Below are positions 38,527 through 47,975 of a stretch of 64,000 nucleotides of DNA, one piece after another. Made by a program: the position numbers and the translations under genes. Source of the stretch: Ilumatobacter sp. (GTDB taxonomy: Bacteria > Actinomycetota > Acidimicrobiia > Acidimicrobiales > Ilumatobacteraceae). The stretch covers positions 104-64,103 of the forward strand of contig REDU01000064.1 of NCBI GenBank assembly GCA_007693335.1. Reading direction: 5' to 3'. The notes beneath the pieces are model-generated. The model did no database searches. It was not told the origin of the DNA and was given only the letters and a program-made list of their open reading frames with translations. The stretch's first letter is position 1, and every line of letters starts with the position of its first letter.

Positions 38527-39524
38527 ACGATCCCGACGGGCGCGACGATCAGCTCGACGAGTTGATCCATCGGGTCGACCTCGACGGGTTGGTGCGACTG
38601 GTTGACGCCCGCTGCGAGTCACGCGACTGGGAGGGTCTGAGGCGGGTGCGCGACCGGGCACGCGCCGCCGCGGCCACCGGCCGTCAACTCTGGCCGGCCA
38701 CCACGCTGGCCAGCTACCGGCTCGCCCTGCTCGCGCCGGCGCCGTGGGCGGCCGAGGCGGTCGACCACGGCGGGCGATTCACACTCGGCCCGCTCACCGA
38801 GGTGGTCGCCCAGCACCACAGCTGGAGCGATCTGTCACCGCACCTCGACACCGGGCCCACCGGACGATACGTCGCGCACGAGCGTGGGCTGCGGGGCGAG
38901 GAGATCCACGAGCACGAGCTCGAACGGTTCGCCCCCGTGATCGACATCCCCGCCACACCCCGACCCTGGGAGCCCGACTACCCGGTGGCCGTGTACCACG
39001 ACAGCCACGCCGAGTTCCCCGCTCCGCCCTGGCCGACGGGCCTGTCGAGGGTCACCCCGTCGGCGGCCGAGCGGCTGGACGACCCCGCGTTCGACGACGC
39101 GGTCCGACATCTGCTGAGCGGCTGGACCGCTGACTCGGAGGGCCATGCCCGGACGGTCTGCGTGGAGGGTGATGCAGCCGCGGCAGTGGCGGTGCTCGAC
39201 GTCGCGACGGTACGGCTGGTGGAGATCGGTACGACCGACGCGATCGCCTGGCTCGGCTGGGCCGGCGCGAGCGGCGGCGCCCACGGTCGCCGGCGGGGCG
39301 CGGCGGCCGGGCGCGACGGCGCCTGGTGGGTGCTCGGCGCGATCGGCGAACTCCACGACCAGTGGCCGCCCACCGACCACGACGTGACGTCCGTCCTCGA
39401 CGATCTCCGCTGGTGGTGGTGGTCGGACGCGCACGAGCCGCAGGGCTGGACCCTGCGGCTCGTGGTCGAAGATGTCGTCGACGGGGTCGCCTGGGCGATC
39501 GACGCCGGCGATCAGCGGTTCTGA
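38523..39524 (+). CDS. Hypothetical protein, translationally coupled to the kinase-like gene
   Basis: The GTG start overlaps the upstream TGA (GTGA). The 333-aa ORF has coding-like composition and a DLRWWWWSD motif. No recognisable domain. Confidence 0.55.
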   Translation: MNDPDGRDDQLDELIHRVDLDGLVRLVDARCESRDWEGLRRVRDRARAAAATGRQLWPATTLASYRLALLAPAPWAAEAVDHGGRFTLGPLTEVVAQHHSWSDLSPHLDTGPTGRYVAHERGLRGEEIHEHELERFAPVIDIPATPRPWEPDYPVAVYHDSHAEFPAPPWPTGLSRVTPSAAERLDDPAFDDAVRHLLSGWTADSEGHARTVCVEGDAAAAVAVLDVATVRLVEIGTTDAIAWLGWAGASGGAHGRRRGAAAGRDGAWWVLGAIGELHDQWPPTDHDVTSVLDDLRWWWWSDAHEPQGWTLRLVVEDVVDGVAWAIDAGDQRF

Positions 39525-40477
39525 AGCGCTTCGATCAGCTTGGGCAGCACCTTGTGCACGTCGCCGACGATGCCGAGGTCGGCCACGCCGAAGATCGGTG
39601 CTTCTTTGTCCTTGTTGATCGCGATGATGTTCTTCGAGCCCTTCATGCCCACCATGTGCTGGGTGGCACCCGAGATCCCGGCCGCGATGTAGACCTTGGG
39701 CTTCACGACCTTGCCCGTCTGGCCCACCTGGTAGCTGTAGGGCACCCATCCGGCGTCGACGATCGCACGTGACGCGCCCGGTGCACCCTTGAGCGCCTTG
39801 GCGAGCGACTCGATCATGTCGAACTTCTCGGCCTCGCCCAGTCCGCGACCGCCGGCCACCACGATGTCGGCCTCGTCGAGCTTGGGCCCTGAGGTCTCCT
39901 CGACGTGCACGGCGGTGACGGTGGCGCCGCCGGTGGACCCCAGGTCGGGGACGGGGGCGGCGACCACCTCGGGGGCGCCACCGCCACTGGCCTCGGGCAC
40001 GAAGCTCTTCGGGCGGAACGTCGCGAGGTACGGGCCCTCGCCGGTGAACGTGGTGGACACGAGGGTGTTACCGCCGAAGATCGGCGTGGTCACCTTCACC
40101 GAGTCGCCATCGGCGGCGATGTCGACGTTGTTGGTCAGCACCGTGCGGTCGAGCTTGACCGACAGGCGGCTGACGACGTCGCGGCCCTCGTAGTTCTGCG
40201 GGAACAGGATCACGTCGGGCGAGTCGCCGCCGTCGATCACGGCCTTCATGGCCGAGGCGACGGCCGCACCCGGCAGCGCACCGGCGAGGTCACCGGTGGC
40301 GTAGGCCTTGCTGGCGCCGTACTCACCGAGGCCACCGGCGATGGCCGACGCGTCACCCGCCACGAACGCCGTGACGGTGCTCCCCAGGGCCCGCGCCTTG
40401 GTGAGCAGCTCGATGGTGCCGGAGCTCGGGGCCCCGTCGGTCTCCTGTGCGAAGACCCAGATGTTGTCGATACCCAT
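39512..40477 (-). CDS. etfA: Electron transfer flavoprotein alpha subunit
   Basis: [11 protein letters not shown].., with a C-terminal FAD-binding SRAIVDAGW.., [24 protein letters not shown] and [13 protein letters not shown]. Confidence 0.92.
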   Translation of the reverse strand: MGIDNIWVFAQETDGAPSSGTIELLTKARALGSTVTAFVAGDASAIAGGLGEYGASKAYATGDLAGALPGAAVASAMKAVIDGGDSPDVILFPQNYEGRDVVSRLSVKLDRTVLTNNVDIAADGDSVKVTTPIFGGNTLVSTTFTGEGPYLATFRPKSFVPEASGGGAPEVVAAPVPDLGSTGGATVTAVHVEETSGPKLDEADIVVAGGRGLGEAEKFDMIESLAKALKGAPGASRAIVDAGWVPYSYQVGQTGKVVKPKVYIAAGISGATQHMVGMKGSKNIIAINKDKEAPIFGVADLGIVGDVHKVLPKLIEALQNR

Positions 40478-40517
40478 GTCGTTTCTCCGATCCGTGTCGA
40501 TCTGTGATCCGGGTTGC

Positions 40518-41294
40518 TCAGATGACCTTGAGGCCGTCGAGGTACTGGACGATCTTGGTGAACGTCTCGCCGTCGTCTTCGATGATCTCGCCGGCCTCAC
40601 GCTCGGGGGCCTGGGCGACGTCGACGATCTCCTGCCGGGCGCCCGCCCAGCCGACCGGGGTGATCCCGAGGTCGGCGGCGGTCACGGTGTCGACCGGCTT
40701 GGACTTGGCGGCCATGATGCCCTTGAAGCTCGGGTAACGGGGCTCGACCACACCGGCGGTCACGCTGACCACGGCGGGGAGCGGGCACGTGACCTCGTCG
40801 TACCCGGCCTCGGTCTGGCGCTCGACCTTGAGGGTCTCGCCATCGATGGTGACGGTCTTGGCGAACGTGACCGACGGCAGACCGAGCACCTCGGCCATCT
40901 GCTCGGGAACGGTGCCCGTGTAGCCGTCGCTCGACTCGGTACCGGCGAGCACGAGATCGGCGTCGCCGATCTTCTTCACGGCGGCGGCCAGGACCTTGGC
41001 CGTGGTGAGGGCATCGGAGCCCGCCAGCTCGGGATCGGACACCAGCACGCCCTTCACGGCACCCATGGCCAGTGCGGTGCGCATACCCGACACCTCTCCG
41101 TTGGGGGCCATCGAGATGATGCTGACCTCGCCGCCACCGGCTGTGTCGACCAGCTGCAGCGCCATCTCGACGCCATAGCCGTCCGACTCGTCGAGGATCA
41201 GCTTGCCGTCACGCTTCAGCGTGTTGGAGGACGGGTCGAGCTCACCGGGCGAGGCCGGGTCTGGGATCTGCTTCACGCACACGATCACGTTCAT
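40518..41294 (-). CDS. etfB: Electron transfer flavoprotein beta subunit
   Basis: MNVIVCVKQIPD.., DLVLAGTESSDGYTG and a C-terminal recognition loop. It lies immediately upstream of etfA. Confidence 0.92.
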   Translation of the reverse strand: MNVIVCVKQIPDPASPGELDPSSNTLKRDGKLILDESDGYGVEMALQLVDTAGGGEVSIISMAPNGEVSGMRTALAMGAVKGVLVSDPELAGSDALTTAKVLAAAVKKIGDADLVLAGTESSDGYTGTVPEQMAEVLGLPSVTFAKTVTIDGETLKVERQTEAGYDEVTCPLPAVVSVTAGVVEPRYPSFKGIMAAKSKPVDTVTAADLGITPVGWAGARQEIVDVAQAPEREAGEIIEDDGETFTKIVQYLDGLKVI

Positions 41295-41371
41295 GTCTGC
41301 ATTGTTACCCGTCAGTCACTTCACCGCCCAACCGGGGGACCATCGGGACACCCGCTGGTACGGTTCGCGTC

Positions 41372-42301
41372 TTGCGGATCCTGCTGGTGGTGAACTCGTT
41401 CGCGTCGTCGGTCACGGCACGCAACACCGTGATCGTGCACCGCCAGCTGTCGCGCGGCCACGACGTGGAAGTGGTCGAGACGAACCGACGTGGTCACGCC
41501 ACCCGATTCGCCCACGACGCCGCTCGGCGCGGTATCGACGTGGTGATCGGGTACGGCGGCGACGGCACGCTCAACGAGGTGGCCACCGGCATCGCCGGCA
41601 CCGACGCCGCACTCGGCGTGCTCCCCGGCGGCTCCACCAACGTGTTCGCCCGCACCCTCGGGATGCCCAACGATCCGGTGGCGGCGGTGGATCACCTCGT
41701 GCTGGGGCTCGACGCCGGCGACCTGCGGTCGATCGGGCTGGGTCGGGTGAACGGGCGGTTCTTCTGTTTCCACACCGGCGTGGGGTACGACGCCGCGGTC
41801 GTACGCGACGTGGAGCGCCGGGGTGCACTCAAGCGGTGGTTCGGGCATCCGCTGTTCATGTACTCGGCGCTCGCCACGTGGGCTCGTGGCTACGACCGCG
41901 GCCGGCCGCACTTCTCGCTCGACGCCGGCGACGGTCGCCGCATCGACGACGGCTACTTCGCGGTCGTGCTCAACACGAACCCGTACACGTTCCTCGGCAA
42001 CCGACCACTCGATCTGGTTCCCGGCGCCACGCTCGACCAGCCGTTCGCCGTCGTGGCCTTCCGGTCGATGCGCGCCGGGGTGATCGTGCGCGGGCTCGGC
42101 AGCGCGCTGCGCGGCGGCGGCGTGACCCCGAACGAACACCTCGCGTCGTGGGACGGCGTGCACCATCTCGTGCTCGAGCACGACGAAGCGTTCCCGTACC
42201 AGGTGGACGGCGACTACCTCGGCACCGCCACCCGGCTCACGTTCGACCACGTACCCGACGCCGTGCGCCTCGTCCATCCCGGGACACCGACGGGGTCGTA
42301 G
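41372..42301 (+). CDS. Diacylglycerol-kinase-family lipid kinase
   Basis: MRILLVVNSFA.. and the GGDGTLNEV motif, with a YegS/BmrU-like architecture. Confidence 0.85.
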   Translation: MRILLVVNSFASSVTARNTVIVHRQLSRGHDVEVVETNRRGHATRFAHDAARRGIDVVIGYGGDGTLNEVATGIAGTDAALGVLPGGSTNVFARTLGMPNDPVAAVDHLVLGLDAGDLRSIGLGRVNGRFFCFHTGVGYDAAVVRDVERRGALKRWFGHPLFMYSALATWARGYDRGRPHFSLDAGDGRRIDDGYFAVVLNTNPYTFLGNRPLDLVPGATLDQPFAVVAFRSMRAGVIVRGLGSALRGGGVTPNEHLASWDGVHHLVLEHDEAFPYQVDGDYLGTATRLTFDHVPDAVRLVHPGTPTGS

Positions 42302-42311
42302 CCGCGTCGAC

Positions 42312-43022
42312 TCAGGGACGCACGAAGAGCCGGCGGGCCACGTCGGGCACGTCGGTGCACACCCCGTCGACGCCGTAGCCGATGAGCTCACGCATCCGGT
42401 CCTCGTCGTTGCACGTCCAGGTGTTCACCGCGAGTCCGGCGTCGTGGGCGGCCGCGACCGCATCGTGATCGAGCAGGTCGACCCAGGGATGGACCGCGTG
42501 GTGACCACCTGCCACCGCCGCGGCGATGACCGCTGGAGTGAGCCGGCGCACGAGCAGCGCGGTGCGCACCGACGAACCGACCACGCGCACCGCGTCGACG
42601 GTGTCCGGGTCGAACGAGGAGATCAGCCAGCGGGTGGGTTCGTCTGGCAAGGTGCTCAGGAGGTCGAGCACCGCGACCGAGAGACCGCGATCGGGGTCGA
42701 AATCGGGCTCCGACGGATGGTTCTTGATCTCGAGGTTGACCCAGGCCCCCTCACAGGCCCGCAACGCCACGTCGAGATCGGGCACGTGCGGCGGCAGCTC
42801 GTCGCGCCGCAACGACACGATGGCCGATCCACCGGGCAGGAGGGCGTCGTGATGCACCACGAGGTGCCCGTCGGCCGTGCGCCGCACGTCGAGCTCGATC
42901 CCCTCGGCGCCCAGCTCGACCGCCAGTTCGAAGGCCTCGACGGTGTTCTCCGGGGCGGCCGCCGAGGCTCCACGATGGGCGATCACGGCGGGCACGGCGG
43001 GCATGGCGGGCACGGACGACAC
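42312..43022 (-). CDS. Glycerophosphodiester phosphodiesterase family protein
   Basis: VIAHRGAS..ENT, ELDVRRTADGHLVVHHD and a C-terminal NTW..DGVCTD. Confidence 0.85.
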   Translation of the reverse strand: MSSVPAMPAVPAVIAHRGASAAAPENTVEAFELAVELGAEGIELDVRRTADGHLVVHHDALLPGGSAIVSLRRDELPPHVPDLDVALRACEGAWVNLEIKNHPSEPDFDPDRGLSVAVLDLLSTLPDEPTRWLISSFDPDTVDAVRVVGSSVRTALLVRRLTPAVIAAAVAGGHHAVHPWVDLLDHDAVAAAHDAGLAVNTWTCNDEDRMRELIGYGVDGVCTDVPDVARRLFVRP

Positions 43023-43110
43023 CGGATGAGTCTGGCATCACCGGGGGTCGAGCCGACGGCCCACGGCGGCACCGGCCGTTCTCCATCAGGCACCGCGGTC
43101 GATCGGTTTT

Positions 43111-43137
43111 TCCGATGAGGGCAGTGACTTCATCGGA
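43111..43137. promoter_or_regulatory. Inverted repeat TCCGATGA-n11-TCATCGGA in the AT-richer whiB upstream region
   Basis: Perfect 8-bp arms read directly, flanked by T-runs, about 95 nt upstream of the whiB GTG. Confidence 0.4.
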
Positions 43138-43229
43138 TTTCATTGCCAAACAGACGGTGAACGCCTAGCGTGACGCCGTCGTGCCGCCGGACCACAGCGG
43201 TGCCCTACTCACCTCCGAGGAGCCACTCC

Positions 43230-43523
43230 GTGTCGATCCTTGCGTCCAGCCTCGCCCTGGCAGCCACCGACGACGACTGGCGCGATCACGCGCTGTGCCG
43301 AGACACCGATCCCGACCTGTTCTTCCCGGTCGGCACCACGGGTCAGGCCCTCGTGCAGATCGACCACGCCAAGCGGGTCTGCGGTGAGTGTTCGGTCACC
43401 TCGGCATGTCTCGACTTCGCCCTGGCCACCAACCAGGATTCGGGGATCTGGGGCGGACTCTCCGAAGAGGAACGACGCGTCATCCGACGCCGCCGGGCCG
43501 CCGCCCAGCGCGCCGCCGGCTGA
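43230..43523 (+). CDS. whiB: WhiB-family Fe-S transcription factor (WhiB1-like by context)
   Basis: Four Cys (C-x29-C-x2-C-x5-C): ALCRD..., VCGECSVTSAC. It also has the GIWGG turn and a basic tail. RBS gaggag, then GTG at 43230. Confidence 0.88.
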   Translation: MSILASSLALAATDDDWRDHALCRDTDPDLFFPVGTTGQALVQIDHAKRVCGECSVTSACLDFALATNQDSGIWGGLSEEERRVIRRRRAAAQRAAG

Positions 43524-43525
43524 CT

Positions 43526-43541
43526 CCGGTCTCCAGACCGG
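43526..43541. terminator. Short hairpin between convergent whiB and mscS-like genes
   Basis: CCGGTCT-cc-AGACCGG lies immediately after the whiB stop and 2 nt from the opposing stop. The stem is weak and short. Confidence 0.3.
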
Positions 43542-43542
43542 C

Positions 43543-44439
43543 TCAGCGCTGCTCGTCGACGGCGCCGCCGTTCAGTTCGTGCTCGGCCCGCTCGACGAGG
43601 GTGGCCGTGGCCTGCTCACCGAGCGGTCGCAGGGTGTGCACGTCCATCTCCACCTCGCCCGTGACCGGCTGATGGCCGGCGATGTCGCCGAGGAAGACCA
43701 ACTGGGTGAGATCGACCGTTCCGGCCAGACGGCGCACCGTGTCGGCCACCTCCTCGACGGAGTGCCCCTCGGCCTTGACCCGGATCGTGGCCGAGGCCGA
43801 CTCCTGTGAGAGGTTGCGGATCTGGGCCATGGCCGTGTTGGGGAAGTGCAGGGTGCTGCGCTCGTCGCGGACCCGTGTGCTGAACAGGCCCACGTGGTCG
43901 ACCACCGCCCGCACCGGCTCGCTCCACCCCGCGTCGAACTCCACCTCATCACCCACGCCGTAGCGGTCCTCGAAATGCACCAGCAGGCCGGTCAGGTAGT
44001 CGTTCACCTTGTGCTGGCCGCCGATGGCCACCGCCGCCCCCAGGAATCCGGCACTCGACAGGAAGAACGCGGCGTTGATGTCGAGCACGTGGAACACCGA
44101 GATGATCGCGACGAGCCAGATCACCAGCGAGACCAGGTGGTTGAGCATCCTCGAGGCCGCGTCGATGCGCTGCGAGCGACGCTGCTCGGTCATCTCGAGG
44201 GTCTCGCCGCTGATGCGACGTGACCGGGTGCGCCACACCGGGCTGGGACGCACCACGCTGCGGTCGGCCACGTGCCGCACGGTGCGACGGATCACCGCAC
44301 CGGTGACACGGGTCAGCACGAACGCGCCGAGGACGAACCCGAGCAGGATCAGCGGGGACGAGACGACCCGCGTGTCGACGGGGAGTTCCGCCGCGAAGGA
44401 GAGATGCACGGCCCCATCATGCGCCAGCTTCGCGAACAT
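43543..44439 (-). CDS. Mechanosensitive ion channel (MscS) family protein
   Basis: Three N-terminal TM helices, then an MscS pore/beta-domain signature FLGAAVAIGGQHKVNDYLTGLLVHFEDRYGVGDEV. Confidence 0.8.
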   Translation of the reverse strand: MFAKLAHDGAVHLSFAAELPVDTRVVSSPLILLGFVLGAFVLTRVTGAVIRRTVRHVADRSVVRPSPVWRTRSRRISGETLEMTEQRRSQRIDAASRMLNHLVSLVIWLVAIISVFHVLDINAAFFLSSAGFLGAAVAIGGQHKVNDYLTGLLVHFEDRYGVGDEVEFDAGWSEPVRAVVDHVGLFSTRVRDERSTLHFPNTAMAQIRNLSQESASATIRVKAEGHSVEEVADTVRRLAGTVDLTQLVFLGDIAGHQPVTGEVEMDVHTLRPLGEQATATLVERAEHELNGGAVDEQR

Positions 44440-44476
44440 GACAATCAGGTGACGATTCGAACAGGAGTGACTCTCG

Positions 44477-46006
44477 TCATGCCGTCGTGCTCTCGATCGG
44501 GTCGATCTCGGTCGGCACGGTCAGGTCCACCACCGTGCCGTGGGTCGCACCCAGCGTGTCGAGACCGGCCCGGGCGAGGTCGTCGGCCGTGGCCGGGCGC
44601 ATGGTGATGGTGCCGTTCAACTCGGTCGTGACGAGGGTGCGCACGATCGAGAGACCCAACCCGGTCGCCCCATCGAGCTCGAAGCCGGCTTCGACGCCAC
44701 GGCCGTCGTCCACCACCTGGATGGTGAGACGGGTCTCGTCGTTGTCGAGGGACACCACCACCCCACCTCCGCCGCTGCCCTCGGGGAACCCGTGGTCGAC
44801 GGCGTTCTGCAACAGCTCGGTGAGCACCACCGACAGCGGGGTGGCGATGTTGGCCGGCACCCGTCCGCCGTCTCCCCGCACGCTGAAGCGCACCGGGCGA
44901 TCGGGCGACTGCAGACCCTCCTCGGCCAACCGCAGCAGCGGCCGCACGATCTCGATGAACGTGACGTCGTCGCCGGGCTCACGCGACAGCGACTCGTGCA
45001 CGAGCGCGATGGTGCGGATCCGACGCACCGACTCCGACACGGCCGCCTTCGCCTCAGGGTTGGTGAGCCGGCGCGCCTGCAGGCGCAGCAGCGACGAGAT
45101 GGTCTGCAGGTTGTTCTTCACGCGGTGGTGGATCTCGCGGATGGTGGCGTCCTTGCTGAGCAACAGCCGGTCGCGCTTGCGCAGCTCGGTGATGTCGCGC
45201 ACGAGCAGCACCCCGCCCGACACCTCACCCGGGACAGAACTCGGATCGTTCTCGATGATCGGGACGCACCGGCACAGCAGCGTGACCTCGGTGCCCTGCT
45301 CGAACTCCTCGATCACCGGCACCCTGCGCTCGTACGCCTGGCGCACCGGACCATCGTGGAACCCGAGCTCGGCCAGCCGCATGCCGAGCGCGCTCGACTG
45401 GATCCCGACCCGGTGCAGCGCCGAGTTCGCGTTCGGTGACACGTACCGGAGGCGGGCATCACCGTCGAGCAGCAGCACACCATCGCCCACCCTCGGCGCG
45501 GCGCTCGAGTCGCCCACGCGACTCGGGTACGGGAACGAACCGGCGGCGATCATCGAGGCGAACCGCTCGAAGATCGAGTTGTAGGTGCGCTCGAGCTCCC
45601 CCAGCCGTCGACCCGCCTGTTCGATCCACTCCTTCGTGAGCACCGCGATACAGGTGTCGCCGTGCACGACCGGAATGGCGAGCATCCGGGTCTGGTCGGG
45701 CAGGTCCTCCACCTGCACCTCGCCCTCCACGATCGTGCCGCTCTCCGACGCCCGCGACAGCATCGGGCGCTCGGTGTCGTTGGCCCATGAACCCACCCAG
45801 TCGGTCTGGTAGATCGTCTGGCCCGTGGCGGGCCGGATCTGGCCGGCGGTGAGCCAGCGGCCGTCGTCGGTGGGCAGGTAGAGCAACAGGTCGGAGAAGC
45901 AGAAATCAGCCAGCATCCCCCACTCGGTCACGAGTCGGTTGAGATGCGAGATCTGGTCACGTCCGAGTGCGGTGTGCTCGCGGGCGAGTTCGGTGAGCGA
46001 GGCCAT
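44477..46006 (-). CDS. pdtaS: PdtaS-type cytoplasmic sensor histidine kinase (GAF-PAS-HisKA_2-HATPase)
   Basis: The N-terminus MASLTELAREHTALGRDQISHLNRLV..DFCFSDLLLY is typical of PdtaS. H-box EIHHRVKNNLQTISSLLRLQ. The ATPase has LTELLQNAVDHGF and GLGLSIV. No TM segments. Adjacent to whiB as in mycobacteria. Confidence 0.85.
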   Translation of the reverse strand: MASLTELAREHTALGRDQISHLNRLVTEWGMLADFCFSDLLLYLPTDDGRWLTAGQIRPATGQTIYQTDWVGSWANDTERPMLSRASESGTIVEGEVQVEDLPDQTRMLAIPVVHGDTCIAVLTKEWIEQAGRRLGELERTYNSIFERFASMIAAGSFPYPSRVGDSSAAPRVGDGVLLLDGDARLRYVSPNANSALHRVGIQSSALGMRLAELGFHDGPVRQAYERRVPVIEEFEQGTEVTLLCRCVPIIENDPSSVPGEVSGGVLLVRDITELRKRDRLLLSKDATIREIHHRVKNNLQTISSLLRLQARRLTNPEAKAAVSESVRRIRTIALVHESLSREPGDDVTFIEIVRPLLRLAEEGLQSPDRPVRFSVRGDGGRVPANIATPLSVVLTELLQNAVDHGFPEGSGGGGVVVSLDNDETRLTIQVVDDGRGVEAGFELDGATGLGLSIVRTLVTTELNGTITMRPATADDLARAGLDTLGATHGTVVDLTVPTEIDPIESTTA

Positions 46007-46026
46007 CGGGACTCGACAGTACCGCC

Positions 46027-46938
46027 GTGTCCACCGGGTACCGTGGCGCTGTGTCCTCGAGTGGAGAAGTGACCGTCGCCGCCGTGCAGATGTCGATGGG
46101 GGATCGGGCCGAGATCAACGTGGCCACCGCCGAGCGTCTCGTGCGTGACGCAGCCGCGCAGGGTGCCCAGGTGGTGCTGATCCCCGAGCTGTTCGAGGGG
46201 CCGTATTTCTGCAAGGACCAACTGCCCGAGCACCTCGATCGCGCGCGACCGGTCGACGGCCACCCTGCCGTGGAGCACTTCCGGGCCGTCGCCGCCGAGC
46301 TCGACGTGGTGCTCCCGCTCAGCATCTACGAGCGGGCCGGCAACGCCCTGTTCAACACCGTCGCGATCGTCGACGCCGACGGGTCGGTGCTCGGCACGTA
46401 CCGCAAGAGCCACCTCCCCGATGGGCCCGGCTACACCGAGAAGTACTACTTCAGTCCCGGCGACACCGGCTTCCGCGTCTGGCACACCCGGTACGGCACG
46501 ATCGGTGTCGGCATCTGCTGGGACCAGTGGTTCCCCGAGACCGCTCGGGCGATGGCGCTCATGGGGGCAGAGATGCTGTTCTACCCCACCGCGATCGGCA
46601 GTGAGCCGCCCGATCCGTCGTGGGACTCCAGTGGGCACTGGCAGCGGGTGATGCAGGGTCACGCCGGCGCCAACCTGATGCCCGTGGTGGCGGCCAACCG
46701 GTTCGGGCACGAGGTGGGGAGCACCACCGAGATCACGTTCTACGGTTCGTCGTTCATCACCGACGCCACCGGTGCCAAGGTGGCAGAGGCGCCGCGCGAC
46801 GCCGACGCCGTGCTCACCGCCACGTTCGACCTCGACGCACTCCGCACCCAGCGCACCGCATGGGGACTGTTCCGCGATCGACGTCCCGACCTCTACCACC
46901 CGCTGCTCACGCTCGACGGCACGTCGAACCCGCGATGA
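46027..46938 (+). CDS. aguB: N-carbamoylputrescine amidase (nitrilase superfamily)
   Basis: VAAVQM.., IPELFEGPYFC, YRKSHLPDGPGYTEKYYF and GVGICWDQWFPE (catalytic Cys). Confidence 0.87.
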   Translation: MSTGYRGAVSSSGEVTVAAVQMSMGDRAEINVATAERLVRDAAAQGAQVVLIPELFEGPYFCKDQLPEHLDRARPVDGHPAVEHFRAVAAELDVVLPLSIYERAGNALFNTVAIVDADGSVLGTYRKSHLPDGPGYTEKYYFSPGDTGFRVWHTRYGTIGVGICWDQWFPETARAMALMGAEMLFYPTAIGSEPPDPSWDSSGHWQRVMQGHAGANLMPVVAANRFGHEVGSTTEITFYGSSFITDATGAKVAEAPRDADAVLTATFDLDALRTQRTAWGLFRDRRPDLYHPLLTLDGTSNPR

Positions 46939-47975
46939 CCGACACGACCGCGACGACCGCCACGACCGCCACGACCGGGCGGATGCCGGCCGAGTTCGCG
47001 GCGCACGAGCGCACCGTCATCTGCTGGCCCAGCCGTGACGACCTGTACGGCGAGCTGATGTCCGCGGCGAAGGACGCCCACGCCCTGGTGGCGCGAACCA
47101 TCGGCCGCTACGAGCCGGTCACGATCATCGCCCGGCCGGGTGCCGACGCCGCCGAGGCGCTCGAGCGGTGCGGTGGATCGGTCGACGTGGTCGAGTTGCC
47201 GCTCGACGACTCGTGGTTCCGCGACTCCGGTCCGATCTACGTCACGGGTGCAGGCCGGCGGGTCGCGACCGATTGGATCTTCAACGGCTGGGGCGAGAAG
47301 TTCGTGCCGTTCGACGCCGACGCCCAGCTGGCCCGACGCTGGGCCGAGCACGCCGGGCACGAGGTGCGATCCGTGCCGATGGTGCTCGAGGGCGGCTCGA
47401 TCACGGTCGACGGCGAGGGCACCGTGGTCACCACCGCGCAGTGCCTGCTGCACCCCAACCGCAACCCGGGCCTCAGCCGCAGCGAGATCGAGTCGACGCT
47501 GAGCGCAGAGCTCGGGGTGTCGGTGGTGCACTGGCTGCCGTTCGGCCTGTTCGACGACCACGACACCGACGGACACGTCGACAACGTGGCGGCGTTCGCT
47601 CGGCCCGGCGTCCTCCTGCTGCAGGGCTGCGACGATGCCGCGCTGCCCGACCACGAGCGCATGTCGGCCAACCGACGCTGGATCGAGGGCGCTCCCGATG
47701 CGGCGGGGCGCCCGATCGAGGTGGTCGAGATCCCCGTGTTGCCGTTCACCGAGATCGGCGGCCAGCGTGTGCCCGTCCCGTACCTCAACCTCTACGTGGG
47801 CAACGGCTACGTGCTGATCCCGGTGTGCGGTCACGCGGCCGACAGCGAGATGTGCATGCTCATCGGCGAGCAGTTCCCCGACCGCGACATCGTGGCGCTC
47901 GACGTGGGAGCCGTGCTCGCGTTCGGCGGCGGCGGCATCCACTGCATCACGCAGCAGATCCCCGTCGTACGATGA
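46935..47975 (+). CDS. aguA: Agmatine deiminase
   Basis: The ATG overlaps the aguB stop (ATGA). WFRDSGPIYV, NGWGEKF, EGGSI..DGEGT, DGHVDN and GGGIHCITQQ (catalytic Cys). The N-terminal (TTA)n run comes from a 9-bp repeat. Confidence 0.9.
   Translation: MTDTTATTATTATTGRMPAEFAAHERTVICWPSRDDLYGELMSAAKDAHALVARTIGRYEPVTIIARPGADAAEALERCGGSVDVVELPLDDSWFRDSGPIYVTGAGRRVATDWIFNGWGEKFVPFDADAQLARRWAEHAGHEVRSVPMVLEGGSITVDGEGTVVTTAQCLLHPNRNPGLSRSEIESTLSAELGVSVVHWLPFGLFDDHDTDGHVDNVAAFARPGVLLLQGCDDAALPDHERMSANRRWIEGAPDAAGRPIEVVEIPVLPFTEIGGQRVPVPYLNLYVGNGYVLIPVCGHAADSEMCMLIGEQFPDRDIVALDVGAVLAFGGGGIHCITQQIPVVR

Noticed and set aside
43081-43229. A Crp/Cmr-type site (TGTGA-n6-TCACA) upstream of whiB, as in M. 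tuberculosis whiB1
   Set aside because: Only an isolated GTGA half-site is present (cagtgacttc). No matching second half lies at the right spacing. The different inverted repeat is reported instead.
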